A stretch of DNA of 64,000 nt, from the NCBI GenBank assembly GCA_963664325.2, contig CAXXDQ010000008.1, forward strand, positions 288,391 to 352,390, read 5' to 3'. Position numbers and translations under genes: made by a program. Source of the stretch: Desulfomonilia bacterium. Its GTDB lineage: Bacteria; Desulfobacterota; Desulfomonilia; UBA1062. Of this stretch, positions 27,979-37,762 are shown in pieces (within the stretch, counting starts at the first letter, position 1; each line of letters begins with the position of its first letter). The notes below the pieces were generated by a model that was not told where the DNA came from, ran no database searches, and was given only the letters and a program-made list of their open reading frames with translations.

Positions 27979-30900
27979 TTAATCCGGTAAAGAGAATGCC
28001 TGAATCTGTGTTATGACCTGTTCGTTTGAGAAACCGTTCAAGTCTATTGCATTCATTCGGCATGATGCCGTGCATACGCCGCATCCCTTGCAAAGAACCG
28101 TGTTCACTTCCGCGCAGCCTTCTGCGACATTTACCGCAACCGCTCCGAACGGGCAGTTGGCTTCACAGAGTCCGCAGGCAGCGCAGCGTTCCTTGTTGAC
28201 GAATGCGGTTTTGCCTTCCGCTTCGATCAGGTCTTTTGTCAGGATCGTGCATGCCCTGCTTACTGCGGCATTAGCCTGAACGACCGTATCTTCACTCAGT
28301 TTCGGTGCGTGCGCCATGCCGCACATGAACACACCGTCCGTTGCAAAATCAACCGGCCTTAATTTGACGTGCGCCTCGAGGAAGAAGCCGTCCTGATTGG
28401 TCGGGACCTTGAGCATTTTTCCTATTTCCTCGTTCTCCGGGTTCGGAGCGGTTCCAACGCTCAATGCAAGGATGTCGGTCTTGAGGGTGACTGTCTGATT
28501 AAGTATCGGATCAAGCACCTTGATTGAAAGGCTGCCGCCGTTGTCGGTCACTTCAGGTTTGAGGTCTTCATCATAGCGTATGAACCTGACGTCAAGCTCC
28601 CTGGCCTTTTTGTAGAAGTCTTCCTTGAGTCCGAAGGTCCGGACATCACGATACAGTATGGTTACGTCTTTCGAAGGATCAAGCTCCTTGATCTTGAGGG
28701 CGTTCTTCATGGCCTCGCTGCAGCAGTAGCGGCTGCAGTACGGCCTTTCCTTCGTCCTTGAGCCTACACATTGAATCATTGTTATGCTCTTGGCGTTCTT
28801 TACCTTCGGGTCATTCTCAACAATCAGGTCTTCGAGCTTGCGCTGCGTAATTACCTTGTCGCTCTTCTTGTTAAGATACTCGTCGGTTTCGAGCTCGTAG
28901 CCGCCTGTTGCGACTATTACTACTCCATGCTCGAATTTGGTCTCTTCACCCTTTACATCAACAGTAGTCTTGTAGTTGCCGATGAACCCTTCTATCTTCC
29001 TGATCTCGGCTGAGGTGAATACCGTTATCTTATCGCTCGTCTTAACTTTTTCAATCAGACCTGCGAGGTGTTTCTTTGTATCAAGCCCTTCCAAAGTGTA
29101 ATGCAGCTTCGCATAGTTTCCGCCGAGTTCGGCTTCCTTCTCGACAATGTATGAGGAGAAGCCCTGGTCCGCCAGCGAAAGGGCGGCAGTGATTCCTGCG
29201 AGGCCGCCTCCAATTATCAGTGCTGCATGGTTGACGTTCAACTGGCCAGGCTTGAGTGGTTTAAGATATTCGGCCTTTGCTATCGACATGCGGATAAGGT
29301 CTTTCGCCTTCTCTGTCGCGGCAGCGGGCTCGTGCATATGCACCCATGAATCCTGGTCGCGTATATTGGCCATTTCGAACAGATACCGGTTGAGGCCCGC
29401 CTTTTCGCAGTTTTCCTGGAACAGACCTTCATGGGTTCTCGGTGAGCATGACCCGACGACAACCCTTGTAAGATTCTGTTCCTTGATGATTTCTCCCATT
29501 CTGACCGCTGTATCCTGGGAGCACGTGAACAAGTTGTCGGTTGCAAAAACCACATTAGGCAGTGTCTTGGCATACTCAACGACGGCAGGGACATCTACAA
29601 CGCCTCCGATATTGATACCGCAGTGGCATACAAATACGCCTGTGCGTGGACCGATTCCTTTGATATCCTTTTCAAGCGGAAGATCCTGTTCGGTGATAAG
29701 AGTTCCGCGTCTTTCCGCAAGCAGACCGGATGCACATGCAGCTGCGCCGCTTGCCTCCATGACCGTCTCGGGAATGTCCTTGGGGCCGCCGAATGCGCCG
29801 CATACGAATACGCCTTCTCTGCTTGTAAGCACAGGATTCTCCAGCTGAGTCATACAGAAGCCGTGCTCTTCCAGTTCAACTCCGAGCGCTTTGGCAAGCT
29901 TCTCGGCTTCCTTGGGCGGGGTAAGTCCTACGGAGAGAACGACCATATCGAATTCTTCCTCGACGATTGTCCCGTCTTCAAGGACATACTTCATTAAGAG
30001 GTTCTTTGACTGCTGAAGCTCCTTTATTGTCGACGGCATCGAACGGACATAGCGGATGCCGTATTCATCCTTTGCGCGGTTTACAAAACGGTCGAAATCC
30101 TTTCCGTGAGCACGGATATCCATGAAGAATATTGTAGGTTCGAGGTTCTTGGCGTGCTCTTTTCCAATGATGGCCTCTTTTGTCGCATACATGCAGCATA
30201 CTGAAGAGCACCAGGAGTTGCCGCATGCGGTATCACGCGAACCAACGCACTGGATGAATGCGACCTTGTGAGGTTCCTTGCCGTCGGAAAGCCTCTGGAC
30301 ATGTCCGAAATACGGGCCCGACGCCGAAAGGATTCTTTCGAATTGAATGCTTGTAACGACGTTCGGATAAATGCCGTAGCCGTATTCAGGTTTTAAAGTG
30401 GCATCAAATGTTTCGAAACCGGGGGCGGCTATGACAGCTCCCACTTCCACAAACTCCTCGGCCTCTTTATCATCATGTACGATTGCTTTAGCGATACATG
30501 CGTTCACGCACTGATAACATTCACAGCAGATTCCGCAGCTCAGGCATCTTTCGGCCTCGTATTTCGCTGCCTCTTCGCTCATCCCCTTTATGACCTCTTC
30601 CCAGTTTGAAGCCCTGGTCTTAGGGTCGAGATGATCCATTTTTACTCGTTTTCTCTTTGCAACTTTTGAAGGATCTCCCGGATCTGCGAGGCTGTTTTTC
30701 CAGTCTGTCCTGCGTCCGGCCTTGATGTCTTCGCCCTTCAAAAAGCGGTCAATGGAAATTGCCGCTTCCTTGCCTGCATTGACCGCCTTTACTACGGTCT
30801 GCGGGCCTGTCACTACATCGCCGCCCGAAAATACCTTATCTATATTTGTCTGGAATGTTACTTCATCCGAATCGATATTGTTCCATTTGTTGATCGATAC

Positions 30901-32424
30901 ACCGGATTCTTTCGTTATAAAGCCAAGGTCTGCCGCCTGGCCAATGGCCGGGACGATGGCGTCGCACTCGACTATGAATTCCGAGCCCTTTATCGGGACA
31001 GGACGGCGGCGGCCGCTCTTATCCGGCTCACCGAGTTCCATCCTCTGGCATTCGATGCCTGTTACTTTGCCATTTTCACCGACTACACGAACAGGCGCCA
31101 CCAGGAATTCCATGCGGATTCCCTCTTCAATCGCCTCTTCGATTTCTTCCGGTGCCGCCGGCATTTCTGCCCTTGTCCTTCTGTAAAGGATGAAAACATC
31201 TTTCGAGCCCATTCTCTTCGATACACGAACGGCGTCCATTGCAACGTTTCCGCCGCCGACTACTGCAACCTTGTCGCCGAGGAAGACTTTTTCGCCAAGA
31301 TTGACACGCCTCAGATAATCGACTCCATGGATGACTCCCTGCATCTCTTCACCAGGGATATCGAGCTTGCTCGAAAGCATTGTCCCGCATCCGATGAAGA
31401 CAGCATCATAGTTTCTGGTAAGGTCATCGAACTTCACGTCCTTGCCGACCGCCGTGTTGCACCTTATGTCGACTCCCAGATCTTTTATAATCTGGATTTC
31501 GGCATTTATTACATCTCTCGGCAGCCTGTATTCAGGAATGCCGAGTGTCATCCAGCCGCCTGCAATAGGGGCTGCTTCAAACACAACGACTTCATAGCCC
31601 TCGATAGCAAGGTAATATGCAGCTGTAAGCCCTGAAGGGCCTGCGCCGATAACGGCAATTTTTTTGCCGTTCTTCTCTTTCACTTCAGGCATGAATTTTG
31701 TTTCATCGAACAGGTCCATGTCCGCCACAAAGCGCTTTAGGTGCATAATATCGAGAGGTTCGTCAACATCACCTCTCTTGCAGGCCTCTTCGCATGGATG
31801 ATTGCATACGCGACCGCAAACAGCCGGGAAGGGGTGCTCCTGCTTGATGAGCCTGAGCGCTTCCTTGTATTTCCCCTTGGCGATAAGTGCGATGTATCCC
31901 TGTACGCTTATATGCGTAGGGCATGTCGCCTTACAGGGGGATGTGCCCCGCTTGTCTATTGCAAAACCGCTTGGGATGGCCTGCGGAAAGTGGCGGTATA
32001 TTGCCTTCCTGTCATTAAGATTTTCGTTGAAATCTGATGGAACTGATACAGGGCAGACATTCGCGCAGTCGCCGCAGCCCGTACACTTAGACAGATCGAC
32101 ATAACGTGGTGCCTTTGTGAGTTTAACCTTGAAGTTTCCCGGATTGCCTTCAACCGATTCAACCGTTCTTCTGGTGAGAATCTCAACATTCGGATGACGG
32201 CCAACTTCAACAAGTTTGGGGGAGAGAATGCATGCCGAACAGTCGTTTGTCGGGAAGGTTTTGTCAAGCTGTGCCATGACGCCGCCGATAGAGATCCCGT
32301 TGTCTACGAGATACACTTTCATGCCTGAATTAGCCAGGTCCAGGGATGCCTGAATACCCGCAATGCCCGATCCGACTACCATTACCGCGCCTATTTTTTC
32401 ACTGTTCTTGGTCACCTGTATCAC
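27979..32424 (-). CDS. hdrL: HdrL-type multidomain HdrA (two HdrA halves with an inserted GltD-like NAD(P)H oxidoreductase module)
   Basis: GSGIAG, LDKTFPTNDCSACI, ferredoxin motifs; insert with CGRVCNHPCE, GAGPSG, GIPEYRLP, GGGNVAMD, YRRT; two IQCVGSR...CS..CC motifs; VCHCG, FFLEAHVKLRP; C-terminal two [4Fe-4S]. Start may be GTG 32415. Confidence 0.9.
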   Translation of the reverse strand: MIQVTKNSEKIGAVMVVGSGIAGIQASLDLANSGMKVYLVDNGISIGGVMAQLDKTFPTNDCSACILSPKLVEVGRHPNVEILTRRTVESVEGNPGNFKVKLTKAPRYVDLSKCTGCGDCANVCPVSVPSDFNENLNDRKAIYRHFPQAIPSGFAIDKRGTSPCKATCPTHISVQGYIALIAKGKYKEALRLIKQEHPFPAVCGRVCNHPCEEACKRGDVDEPLDIMHLKRFVADMDLFDETKFMPEVKEKNGKKIAVIGAGPSGLTAAYYLAIEGYEVVVFEAAPIAGGWMTLGIPEYRLPRDVINAEIQIIKDLGVDIRCNTAVGKDVKFDDLTRNYDAVFIGCGTMLSSKLDIPGEEMQGVIHGVDYLRRVNLGEKVFLGDKVAVVGGGNVAMDAVRVSKRMGSKDVFILYRRTRAEMPAAPEEIEEAIEEGIRMEFLVAPVRVVGENGKVTGIECQRMELGEPDKSGRRRPVPIKGSEFIVECDAIVPAIGQAADLGFITKESGVSINKWNNIDSDEVTFQTNIDKVFSGGDVVTGPQTVVKAVNAGKEAAISIDRFLKGEDIKAGRRTDWKNSLADPGDPSKVAKRKRVKMDHLDPKTRASNWEEVIKGMSEEAAKYEAERCLSCGICCECYQCVNACIAKAIVHDDKEAEEFVEVGAVIAAPGFETFDATLKPEYGYGIYPNVVTSIQFERILSASGPYFGHVQRLSDGKEPHKVAFIQCVGSRDTACGNSWCSSVCCMYATKEAIIGKEHAKNLEPTIFFMDIRAHGKDFDRFVNRAKDEYGIRYVRSMPSTIKELQQSKNLLMKYVLEDGTIVEEEFDMVVLSVGLTPPKEAEKLAKALGVELEEHGFCMTQLENPVLTSREGVFVCGAFGGPKDIPETVMEASGAAACASGLLAERRGTLITEQDLPLEKDIKGIGPRTGVFVCHCGINIGGVVDVPAVVEYAKTLPNVVFATDNLFTCSQDTAVRMGEIIKEQNLTRVVVGSCSPRTHEGLFQENCEKAGLNRYLFEMANIRDQDSWVHMHEPAAATEKAKDLIRMSIAKAEYLKPLKPGQLNVNHAALIIGGGLAGITAALSLADQGFSSYIVEKEAELGGNYAKLHYTLEGLDTKKHLAGLIEKVKTSDKITVFTSAEIRKIEGFIGNYKTTVDVKGEETKFEHGVVIVATGGYELETDEYLNKKSDKVITQRKLEDLIVENDPKVKNAKSITMIQCVGSRTKERPYCSRYCCSEAMKNALKIKELDPSKDVTILYRDVRTFGLKEDFYKKARELDVRFIRYDEDLKPEVTDNGGSLSIKVLDPILNQTVTLKTDILALSVGTAPNPENEEIGKMLKVPTNQDGFFLEAHVKLRPVDFATDGVFMCGMAHAPKLSEDTVVQANAAVSRACTILTKDLIEAEGKTAFVNKERCAACGLCEANCPFGAVAVNVAEGCAEVNTVLCKGCGVCTASCRMNAIDLNGFSNEQVITQIQAFSLPD

Positions 32425-32453
32425 CCTCTTAGTCAGTAGTCTTTTGTATTAAT

Positions 32454-32467
32454 TGAATGACGGTTCA
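32454..32467. promoter_or_regulatory. Palindromic operator-like site upstream of hdrL
   Basis: TGAAT-GACG-GTTCA downstream of a minus-strand TTGACA (32507-32512); resembles TGAAT-AGCC-ATTCA before the atp operon. Confidence 0.35.
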
Positions 32468-32653
32468 TTTCTATAGCAAAAAAATAGAACACGAAAAATT
32501 TGGCGGTGTCAAGGTATCTTTAGGGCGGCATACACCATTTTCTATGTATTACAAACATATGATAATATGGTTATTCCCTGTTATGCAAACGATTTCTGAG
32601 ACATTTAAAATGACATAGTTAATAAAGATAAATATAATTGAAATCACCTAATT

Positions 32654-34645
32654 GTGCCACAGGTGGTGAACATGAATATCGAAGCAGTTTTGAGAGGTTT
32701 CAAAGACATATCTGTTGCTGTTATCGGGGATTTCTGCATTGATGCATATCTCGTACTTCATGGTGATGCAGGGGAAATATCAGTTGAGACCGGGCTCAGG
32801 ACAAGATCTGTGAAAGAGATGCGTTTTGAGCTGGGTGGCGCTGCCAATGTCGCCAAAAATCTTTCCGTACTGGGGGTAGGGAATGTATTTTCTTTCGGTA
32901 TAATCGGAGATGATGTCTATGGCAGGGAAATGTTCAGGCAGTTCGATTCTCTGGGAATTAACCGTTCTGGCCTGCTTGTGCAGAAGTCGGGCTGGTCGAC
33001 CAATACCTATACAAAACCTTACAGTGAATTCTGTGAGGAGCCGAGGATTGACATAGGTAATTTCAATACCCCGGATAAAGGCATGTCGGAAGATGTCCTT
33101 TCATTGTTTGAGACAGCATTAAAGAATATGGATGCAGTGATCTTAAATCAGCAATTGCTTTCGGGAATCAGCACCAGATGGTTCAGAAAGCGAATTACCC
33201 GGATAATAAAAAAGTTTCCGAAGACTGTATTCATTGTGGACAGTAGGGCTTACAGTGACGAGTTCAATGGGGCGATGCGCAAAATCAACCTCAGTGAAGC
33301 TGCACATGTGCTCGGTTTTAATCTGAAAGAACCTGTAAATGATGATACGATTAAAAAAATATCGGATGATCTGCATGACAGATGGAAACAGGCCGTATTC
33401 ATAACAATGGGGGAAAACGGTATCGCCGTTAAAAACGAAGAGAGTTTTGAACTGATTAAGGGGATAAGCACGGCTGGTGCAATAGATACCGTCGGTGCCG
33501 GTGATGCAATTATTGCCGGAATTGCAGCCTGTCTGGCATCGGGTATGGGACACCAAGACGCCGCCCGATTCGGTAATTTCTGCGCAGCCGTAACCATAAC
33601 CCAGCGTTTTACAACCGGTTCACCCTTTCCCGATCAGGTGCGGAAGGTCGGAAGTGATCCTGACTATATCTGTAACCTGGTCCTGGCGGATGACCCGAGA
33701 AGGGCGAAAAGATTCGAGAATTCGGAAATTGAGATAATCTCGAAAAAAAAGAGCGGTTTCCCCGTGCATGCAGTATTCGATCATGACGGAACGATATCAA
33801 CACTCAGAGAAGGCTGGGAAGCATACATGCGGGAAACCATGATAGAATCTGTTTCCGGCGGGCAACTGGAAGACCTTCCTGTCAGCTTGTATAATTCGAT
33901 ATGTCTTGAGGTAGATAAGCTGATTGATTCGACAACGGGCATGAGAACCATCGAGCAGATGCGGGGCCTTTTAAAACTGATAGATCAGTTCGGTATTGTC
34001 GGAGAAAAAGACAAACTGACGGAATCCGGTTATAAAAGTCTTTATCTTCAAAGACTCAAATCGCATATATCAGGCAGGCTTGACGGCGTATCGAAAGGAA
34101 TATTCAGCCCTGAAGATTTTACCGTAAAAGGTGCTGTAAGTTTTCTTACGGAATTAAATAAAAGAGGGGTAATATTGTATCTGGCATCAGGAACGGACGA
34201 GGCTGATGTCAAAAAAGAGGCAAATCTGCTCGGATATGCAGACCTGTTCAGAGGCGGAATTTTCGGTGCTGAAGATTCGGATGAAGAAGATCCCAAGAAA
34301 AAAGTGTTGAAGGCTATCCTGAACAGTATCCAGAAAGACGGTTCATCAGGGATCGTTGTGTTCGGAGACGGGCCGGTGGAGATCAGGGAAGCAAGAAAGA
34401 GGGATTTAATGGCAGTCGGAGTTGCGAGCGACGAGATAAGGCGTTTCGGATTCAACTATAGGAAAAGATCGCGGTTAATTCGCGCAGGTGCGGATGTTAT
34501 AGTTCCTGATTATTCAGATATCAGACTTGTTTTTTCAGCACTCGGTTTCGGATATAAATATGGAGTCAAAAAATCTTTTCAACAGGGCCGGTCTGAAATT
34601 TTATCCTCTGAAAATACGAACCAACAGGGTGGAAATCGAAACTGA
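32654..34645 (+). CDS. PfkB/HldE(RfaE)-like sugar kinase fused to a HAD-family phosphatase
   Basis: VIGDFCID, ISVETG, LGGAANVA, DSR, DTVGAGD (PfkB anion hole); HAD motifs FDHDGT, ASGT, K, FGDGPVE. Confidence 0.85.
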   Translation: MPQVVNMNIEAVLRGFKDISVAVIGDFCIDAYLVLHGDAGEISVETGLRTRSVKEMRFELGGAANVAKNLSVLGVGNVFSFGIIGDDVYGREMFRQFDSLGINRSGLLVQKSGWSTNTYTKPYSEFCEEPRIDIGNFNTPDKGMSEDVLSLFETALKNMDAVILNQQLLSGISTRWFRKRITRIIKKFPKTVFIVDSRAYSDEFNGAMRKINLSEAAHVLGFNLKEPVNDDTIKKISDDLHDRWKQAVFITMGENGIAVKNEESFELIKGISTAGAIDTVGAGDAIIAGIAACLASGMGHQDAARFGNFCAAVTITQRFTTGSPFPDQVRKVGSDPDYICNLVLADDPRRAKRFENSEIEIISKKKSGFPVHAVFDHDGTISTLREGWEAYMRETMIESVSGGQLEDLPVSLYNSICLEVDKLIDSTTGMRTIEQMRGLLKLIDQFGIVGEKDKLTESGYKSLYLQRLKSHISGRLDGVSKGIFSPEDFTVKGAVSFLTELNKRGVILYLASGTDEADVKKEANLLGYADLFRGGIFGAEDSDEEDPKKKVLKAILNSIQKDGSSGIVVFGDGPVEIREARKRDLMAVGVASDEIRRFGFNYRKRSRLIRAGADVIVPDYSDIRLVFSALGFGYKYGVKKSFQQGRSEILSSENTNQQGGNRN

Positions 34646-35663
34646 AAAGATAGACTCTCGAAGCGAAGTTCCAATCGTTTCTGAAAAGGCCCGTGAAGCA
34701 ATAGAACGTGCTGCCCGCGCGATCATGGAAGCCAGGAATTCGGAACGTCCGGTCATACTCGCTTTCGGGGCGCATGCGATAAAGAATGGTCTCGGGCCGC
34801 TCCTTGCAGAGTTTGCTGAAAAAGGCTGGTTTACGCATCTGGCAACGAACGGCGCCGGCGTGATCCATGACTGGGAATTTTCATATCTCGGAATGAGCAG
34901 CGAGAACGTCAGGGAGAATGCAGAAAAAGGTATGTTCGGCATGTGGGATGAGACCGGAAAATTCATAAACCTGGCCATTATCTCAGGCGCTTACAGAGGA
35001 TCAGGCTACGGCGAAGCCGTAGGATCGATGATTGCAGAGAACGGTATCATTATTCCTGATGAAGATGAGCTTCTCAAAGCGATGAAATCTGACGATATTG
35101 AAATAGCAGCTTCGGCAGCGGATTTCATTGATACAATCAGAAGGTCGGGACTTGAATCCGGTCATATGGAGATTAATCACCCATACAGAAAACACAGCCT
35201 TCAATACAGGACATTTATTGCCGGGGTTCCTTTCACTGCTCATCCGATGTTCGGGCATGACATAATATATACGCATCCGATGAATAAGGGTTCTGCAATA
35301 GGAAGGACCGCTGAAAGGGACTTTCTCGGGTTTGCAGGCAGTGTCAGCCGGATTGAAAACGGCGTCTATCTCTCTGTCGGTTCTGCAGTTATGTCTCCGA
35401 TGATATTCGAAAAATCGTTTTCAATGGCGCAGAACATCTCGATTCAAAATGGCAGTTGCATAAGGGATCACAAAATATTTGTTGTGGACCTGTCAGAGAG
35501 TTCCTGGGACTGGAGGGAAGGGGAACCTCCTGAAGATAACCCTGCATATTATATGCGTTACCTTAAATCTTTCAGCAGAATGGGCGGGGTAATGGAATAT
35601 ATAAGTGCAGACAACAGGGCATTTTTCCTGAACCTGTGGAAACTTCTCGAAGACAGTAAGTAA
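34560..35663 (+). CDS. Conserved hypothetical protein with a deoxyhypusine-synthase-like fold
   Basis: VILAFGAHAIKNG, THLATNGAGVIHDWE, ENV, GMWDETG, TAHPMFGHDIIY, SVGSAVMSP; fold assignment is from recall; start ATG 34560 preferred. Confidence 0.65.
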   Translation: MESKNLFNRAGLKFYPLKIRTNRVEIETEKIDSRSEVPIVSEKAREAIERAARAIMEARNSERPVILAFGAHAIKNGLGPLLAEFAEKGWFTHLATNGAGVIHDWEFSYLGMSSENVRENAEKGMFGMWDETGKFINLAIISGAYRGSGYGEAVGSMIAENGIIIPDEDELLKAMKSDDIEIAASAADFIDTIRRSGLESGHMEINHPYRKHSLQYRTFIAGVPFTAHPMFGHDIIYTHPMNKGSAIGRTAERDFLGFAGSVSRIENGVYLSVGSAVMSPMIFEKSFSMAQNISIQNGSCIRDHKIFVVDLSESSWDWREGEPPEDNPAYYMRYLKSFSRMGGVMEYISADNRAFFLNLWKLLEDSK

Positions 35664-35673
35664 GGAGTGGTGA

Positions 35674-36966
35674 GTGAATGAAATGAATATAGTTCAAAAA
35701 CTTCAATCATATAAGGAAGAATGGAACAGCCACATCAATAATGAACTTCTTCCTTTCTGGTTCGACAGGGCAATGGATAAGGAGCGGGGCGGGTTCATAA
35801 CCCAGTTTGAAAGAAACGGAAAAGATGCGGGTACGGATGAAAAATCACTGATTGCGCAGGCGAGAATGACTTATGCCATGAGCGCGGCTGCAAGGGCAGG
35901 CTATCAAATCGAGCGGACCCTTGAGTTTGCGCATCATGGAGCAAAGTATCTTATAAGCAGGATGTGGGACAATTCAAACGGTGGATTTTTCTGGATGACA
36001 GACCGGAGCGGGAATGTAACGATTGACAAGAAGATTGTATACGGTCAGAGCTTTGGCATTTATGCACTTTCCGAATATTATCTTGCCACGAATGACAAAC
36101 TTGCGCTCGAATTTGCAAAAAAAGCATTCGAGCTTCTTCTGTCAAATGCAGCTGACATAAGATATGGCGGATTTTTTGAAATGTTCAGCAATGACTGGGT
36201 GCTTGCCGGTCCTGGGTCAGCAGGCGGTGACAGAAAAACGCTTGATGTCCATATGCACCTGATGGAGTCGTTTACAACACTTTATAAGGCCACAAATCTT
36301 GATTCAGTAAGAAGAAGGCTTGAGGAGATTATATCGCTTCTTACAAAAGTGATTTATTCACCCAGAACAGGGGTTGGAAAACCGCAGTTTGCTGAAAACT
36401 GGAAGCCTGCACCCCAGATTAAATTCGATGTCATATGGGGGTGGGACAGGTTCCAGGGCGAGGGCTTCAAGGCGAATGCAGATGATAATTTTTCATACGG
36501 CCATGACATGGAGTTTCTCTGGCTTCTTCTTGAAGCCTTAAGATCACTGAATGCAGATGTCGGCAAGTATAAAAAATTATTAAAGGCGATTGCCGGTCAT
36601 GTGCTGGCTTACGGTATTGATCATGAATACGGGGGAGTTTATGTCGAAGGCCCGCTTGACGGACCTGCCCATGATCTTCAGAAAGAGTTCTGGCAGCAGG
36701 CTGAATCTCTTATCGGATTACTTGATTGTCATATGCTTTTCAATGAAGAAGGCTTCCTTGAAGCATACGAGGCTGTCCACAGATTCGTGTTTGATAAAAT
36801 GATTGCTCATGATATCGGAGAATGGCTGCCGCTTCTCGAAAGAGATGGAAAACCCATATGGACTCATATGGGTACTTCATGGAAGATAAATTACCATACT
36901 CTGCGTTGCGCTATTAACTGCATAAAAAGGATTGATGCGCTGATTAGGAAGAAAAAATCCTTATAA
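35674..36966 (+). CDS. AGE-family (N-acylglucosamine/cellobiose 2-epimerase-like) epimerase/isomerase
   Basis: LLPFW, D..RGGF, QAR, YGQSFGIYALSEY, DVHMHLME, SYGHDME, FWQQAE, WKINYH. Confidence 0.9.
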   Translation: MNEMNIVQKLQSYKEEWNSHINNELLPFWFDRAMDKERGGFITQFERNGKDAGTDEKSLIAQARMTYAMSAAARAGYQIERTLEFAHHGAKYLISRMWDNSNGGFFWMTDRSGNVTIDKKIVYGQSFGIYALSEYYLATNDKLALEFAKKAFELLLSNAADIRYGGFFEMFSNDWVLAGPGSAGGDRKTLDVHMHLMESFTTLYKATNLDSVRRRLEEIISLLTKVIYSPRTGVGKPQFAENWKPAPQIKFDVIWGWDRFQGEGFKANADDNFSYGHDMEFLWLLLEALRSLNADVGKYKKLLKAIAGHVLAYGIDHEYGGVYVEGPLDGPAHDLQKEFWQQAESLIGLLDCHMLFNEEGFLEAYEAVHRFVFDKMIAHDIGEWLPLLERDGKPIWTHMGTSWKINYHTLRCAINCIKRIDALIRKKKSL

Positions 36967-37590
36967 TAGTAGTGATGACAGGTGCTCTCCCAGTGTTTTT
37001 CTGCATGCGCTGTAAGAGCCGCAAAACAGATTTTTATTTGTAAGCATTCCCCGTATTGAGATTATGTGGGCAAAATCATCGAGCATATTTTTTAAGTGAG
37101 GAAAGTAAAGTCCTTTTGAAAGAAGGTCATCATGGAACATATCATAATACATCAGTAGCAGATCCAAGCAGTCTTCCTTTAATATAAACAGACAGTTTCC
37201 TGATGTATTGACTGCAATGATATCTGAAACGAGCCCCCCTCCATTCATGCCGTAATTCTCACACCACCAGTGCCACTGCAGTCCATAAATTCTTAATATC
37301 TCAGGAATATCATTAAGGCTCATTCTCTTAACAGACTTAGATATCTGTATGGACTTAACGTATTTAAGCTTTTCAATGTCTGTCCTGGTTATCAGGTCTA
37401 ATGGACTGTAAAGCTTGGGTCCATAGGCATTCATTACCCTTTCATAAAACATGATAAAGTGACCGATATTATCGGATTCACACAATGAGGCAATACGATA
37501 GTCCTGAGTAATGCCCAGTATTCTATAGAAACCCGAATCCCTGTTTAAGCAATACCTGAATCCCTGAGTATAGTCTTTTTTATATGCCAT
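36961..37590 (-). CDS. Hypothetical protein
   Basis: ~209-aa ORF filling the intergenic space, no recognisable motif; ATG 37590 sits just downstream of a sigma54-like promoter. Confidence 0.6.
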   Translation of the reverse strand: MAYKKDYTQGFRYCLNRDSGFYRILGITQDYRIASLCESDNIGHFIMFYERVMNAYGPKLYSPLDLITRTDIEKLKYVKSIQISKSVKRMSLNDIPEILRIYGLQWHWWCENYGMNGGGLVSDIIAVNTSGNCLFILKEDCLDLLLMYYDMFHDDLLSKGLYFPHLKNMLDDFAHIISIRGMLTNKNLFCGSYSACRKTLGEHLSSLLL

Positions 37591-37601
37591 ACCCAACGCT
37601 T

Positions 37602-37617
37602 AGCAATTATCATACCA
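37602..37617 (-). promoter_or_regulatory. Sigma54 (-24/-12) promoter candidate
   Basis: Minus strand TGGTATGATAATTGCT = GG-N10-GC. Confidence 0.55.
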
Positions 37618-37762
37618 AATATCCGATCATATAAAATCCAGAGAAAACAAATAATTATGATAATCACCAATAAAGAGGGATAGGATAAAGGAAATAAATC
37701 AGAACACTGTGATGCATTATGTTTCCATTGCTTTAAGCCTTGTTTTTATTATTATTTATTAA

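Noticed and set aside
27522-32424. Selenocysteine recoding in HdrL or FlxD/MvhD
   Set aside because: Both ORFs are uninterrupted, with Cys at the relevant positions; there is no in-frame TGA.
34560-34645. 86-bp overlap between the kinase-HAD fusion and the next gene
   Set aside because: The overlapping tail lies beyond the HAD domain and looks like stop-codon run-on or an indel; no evidence of function.
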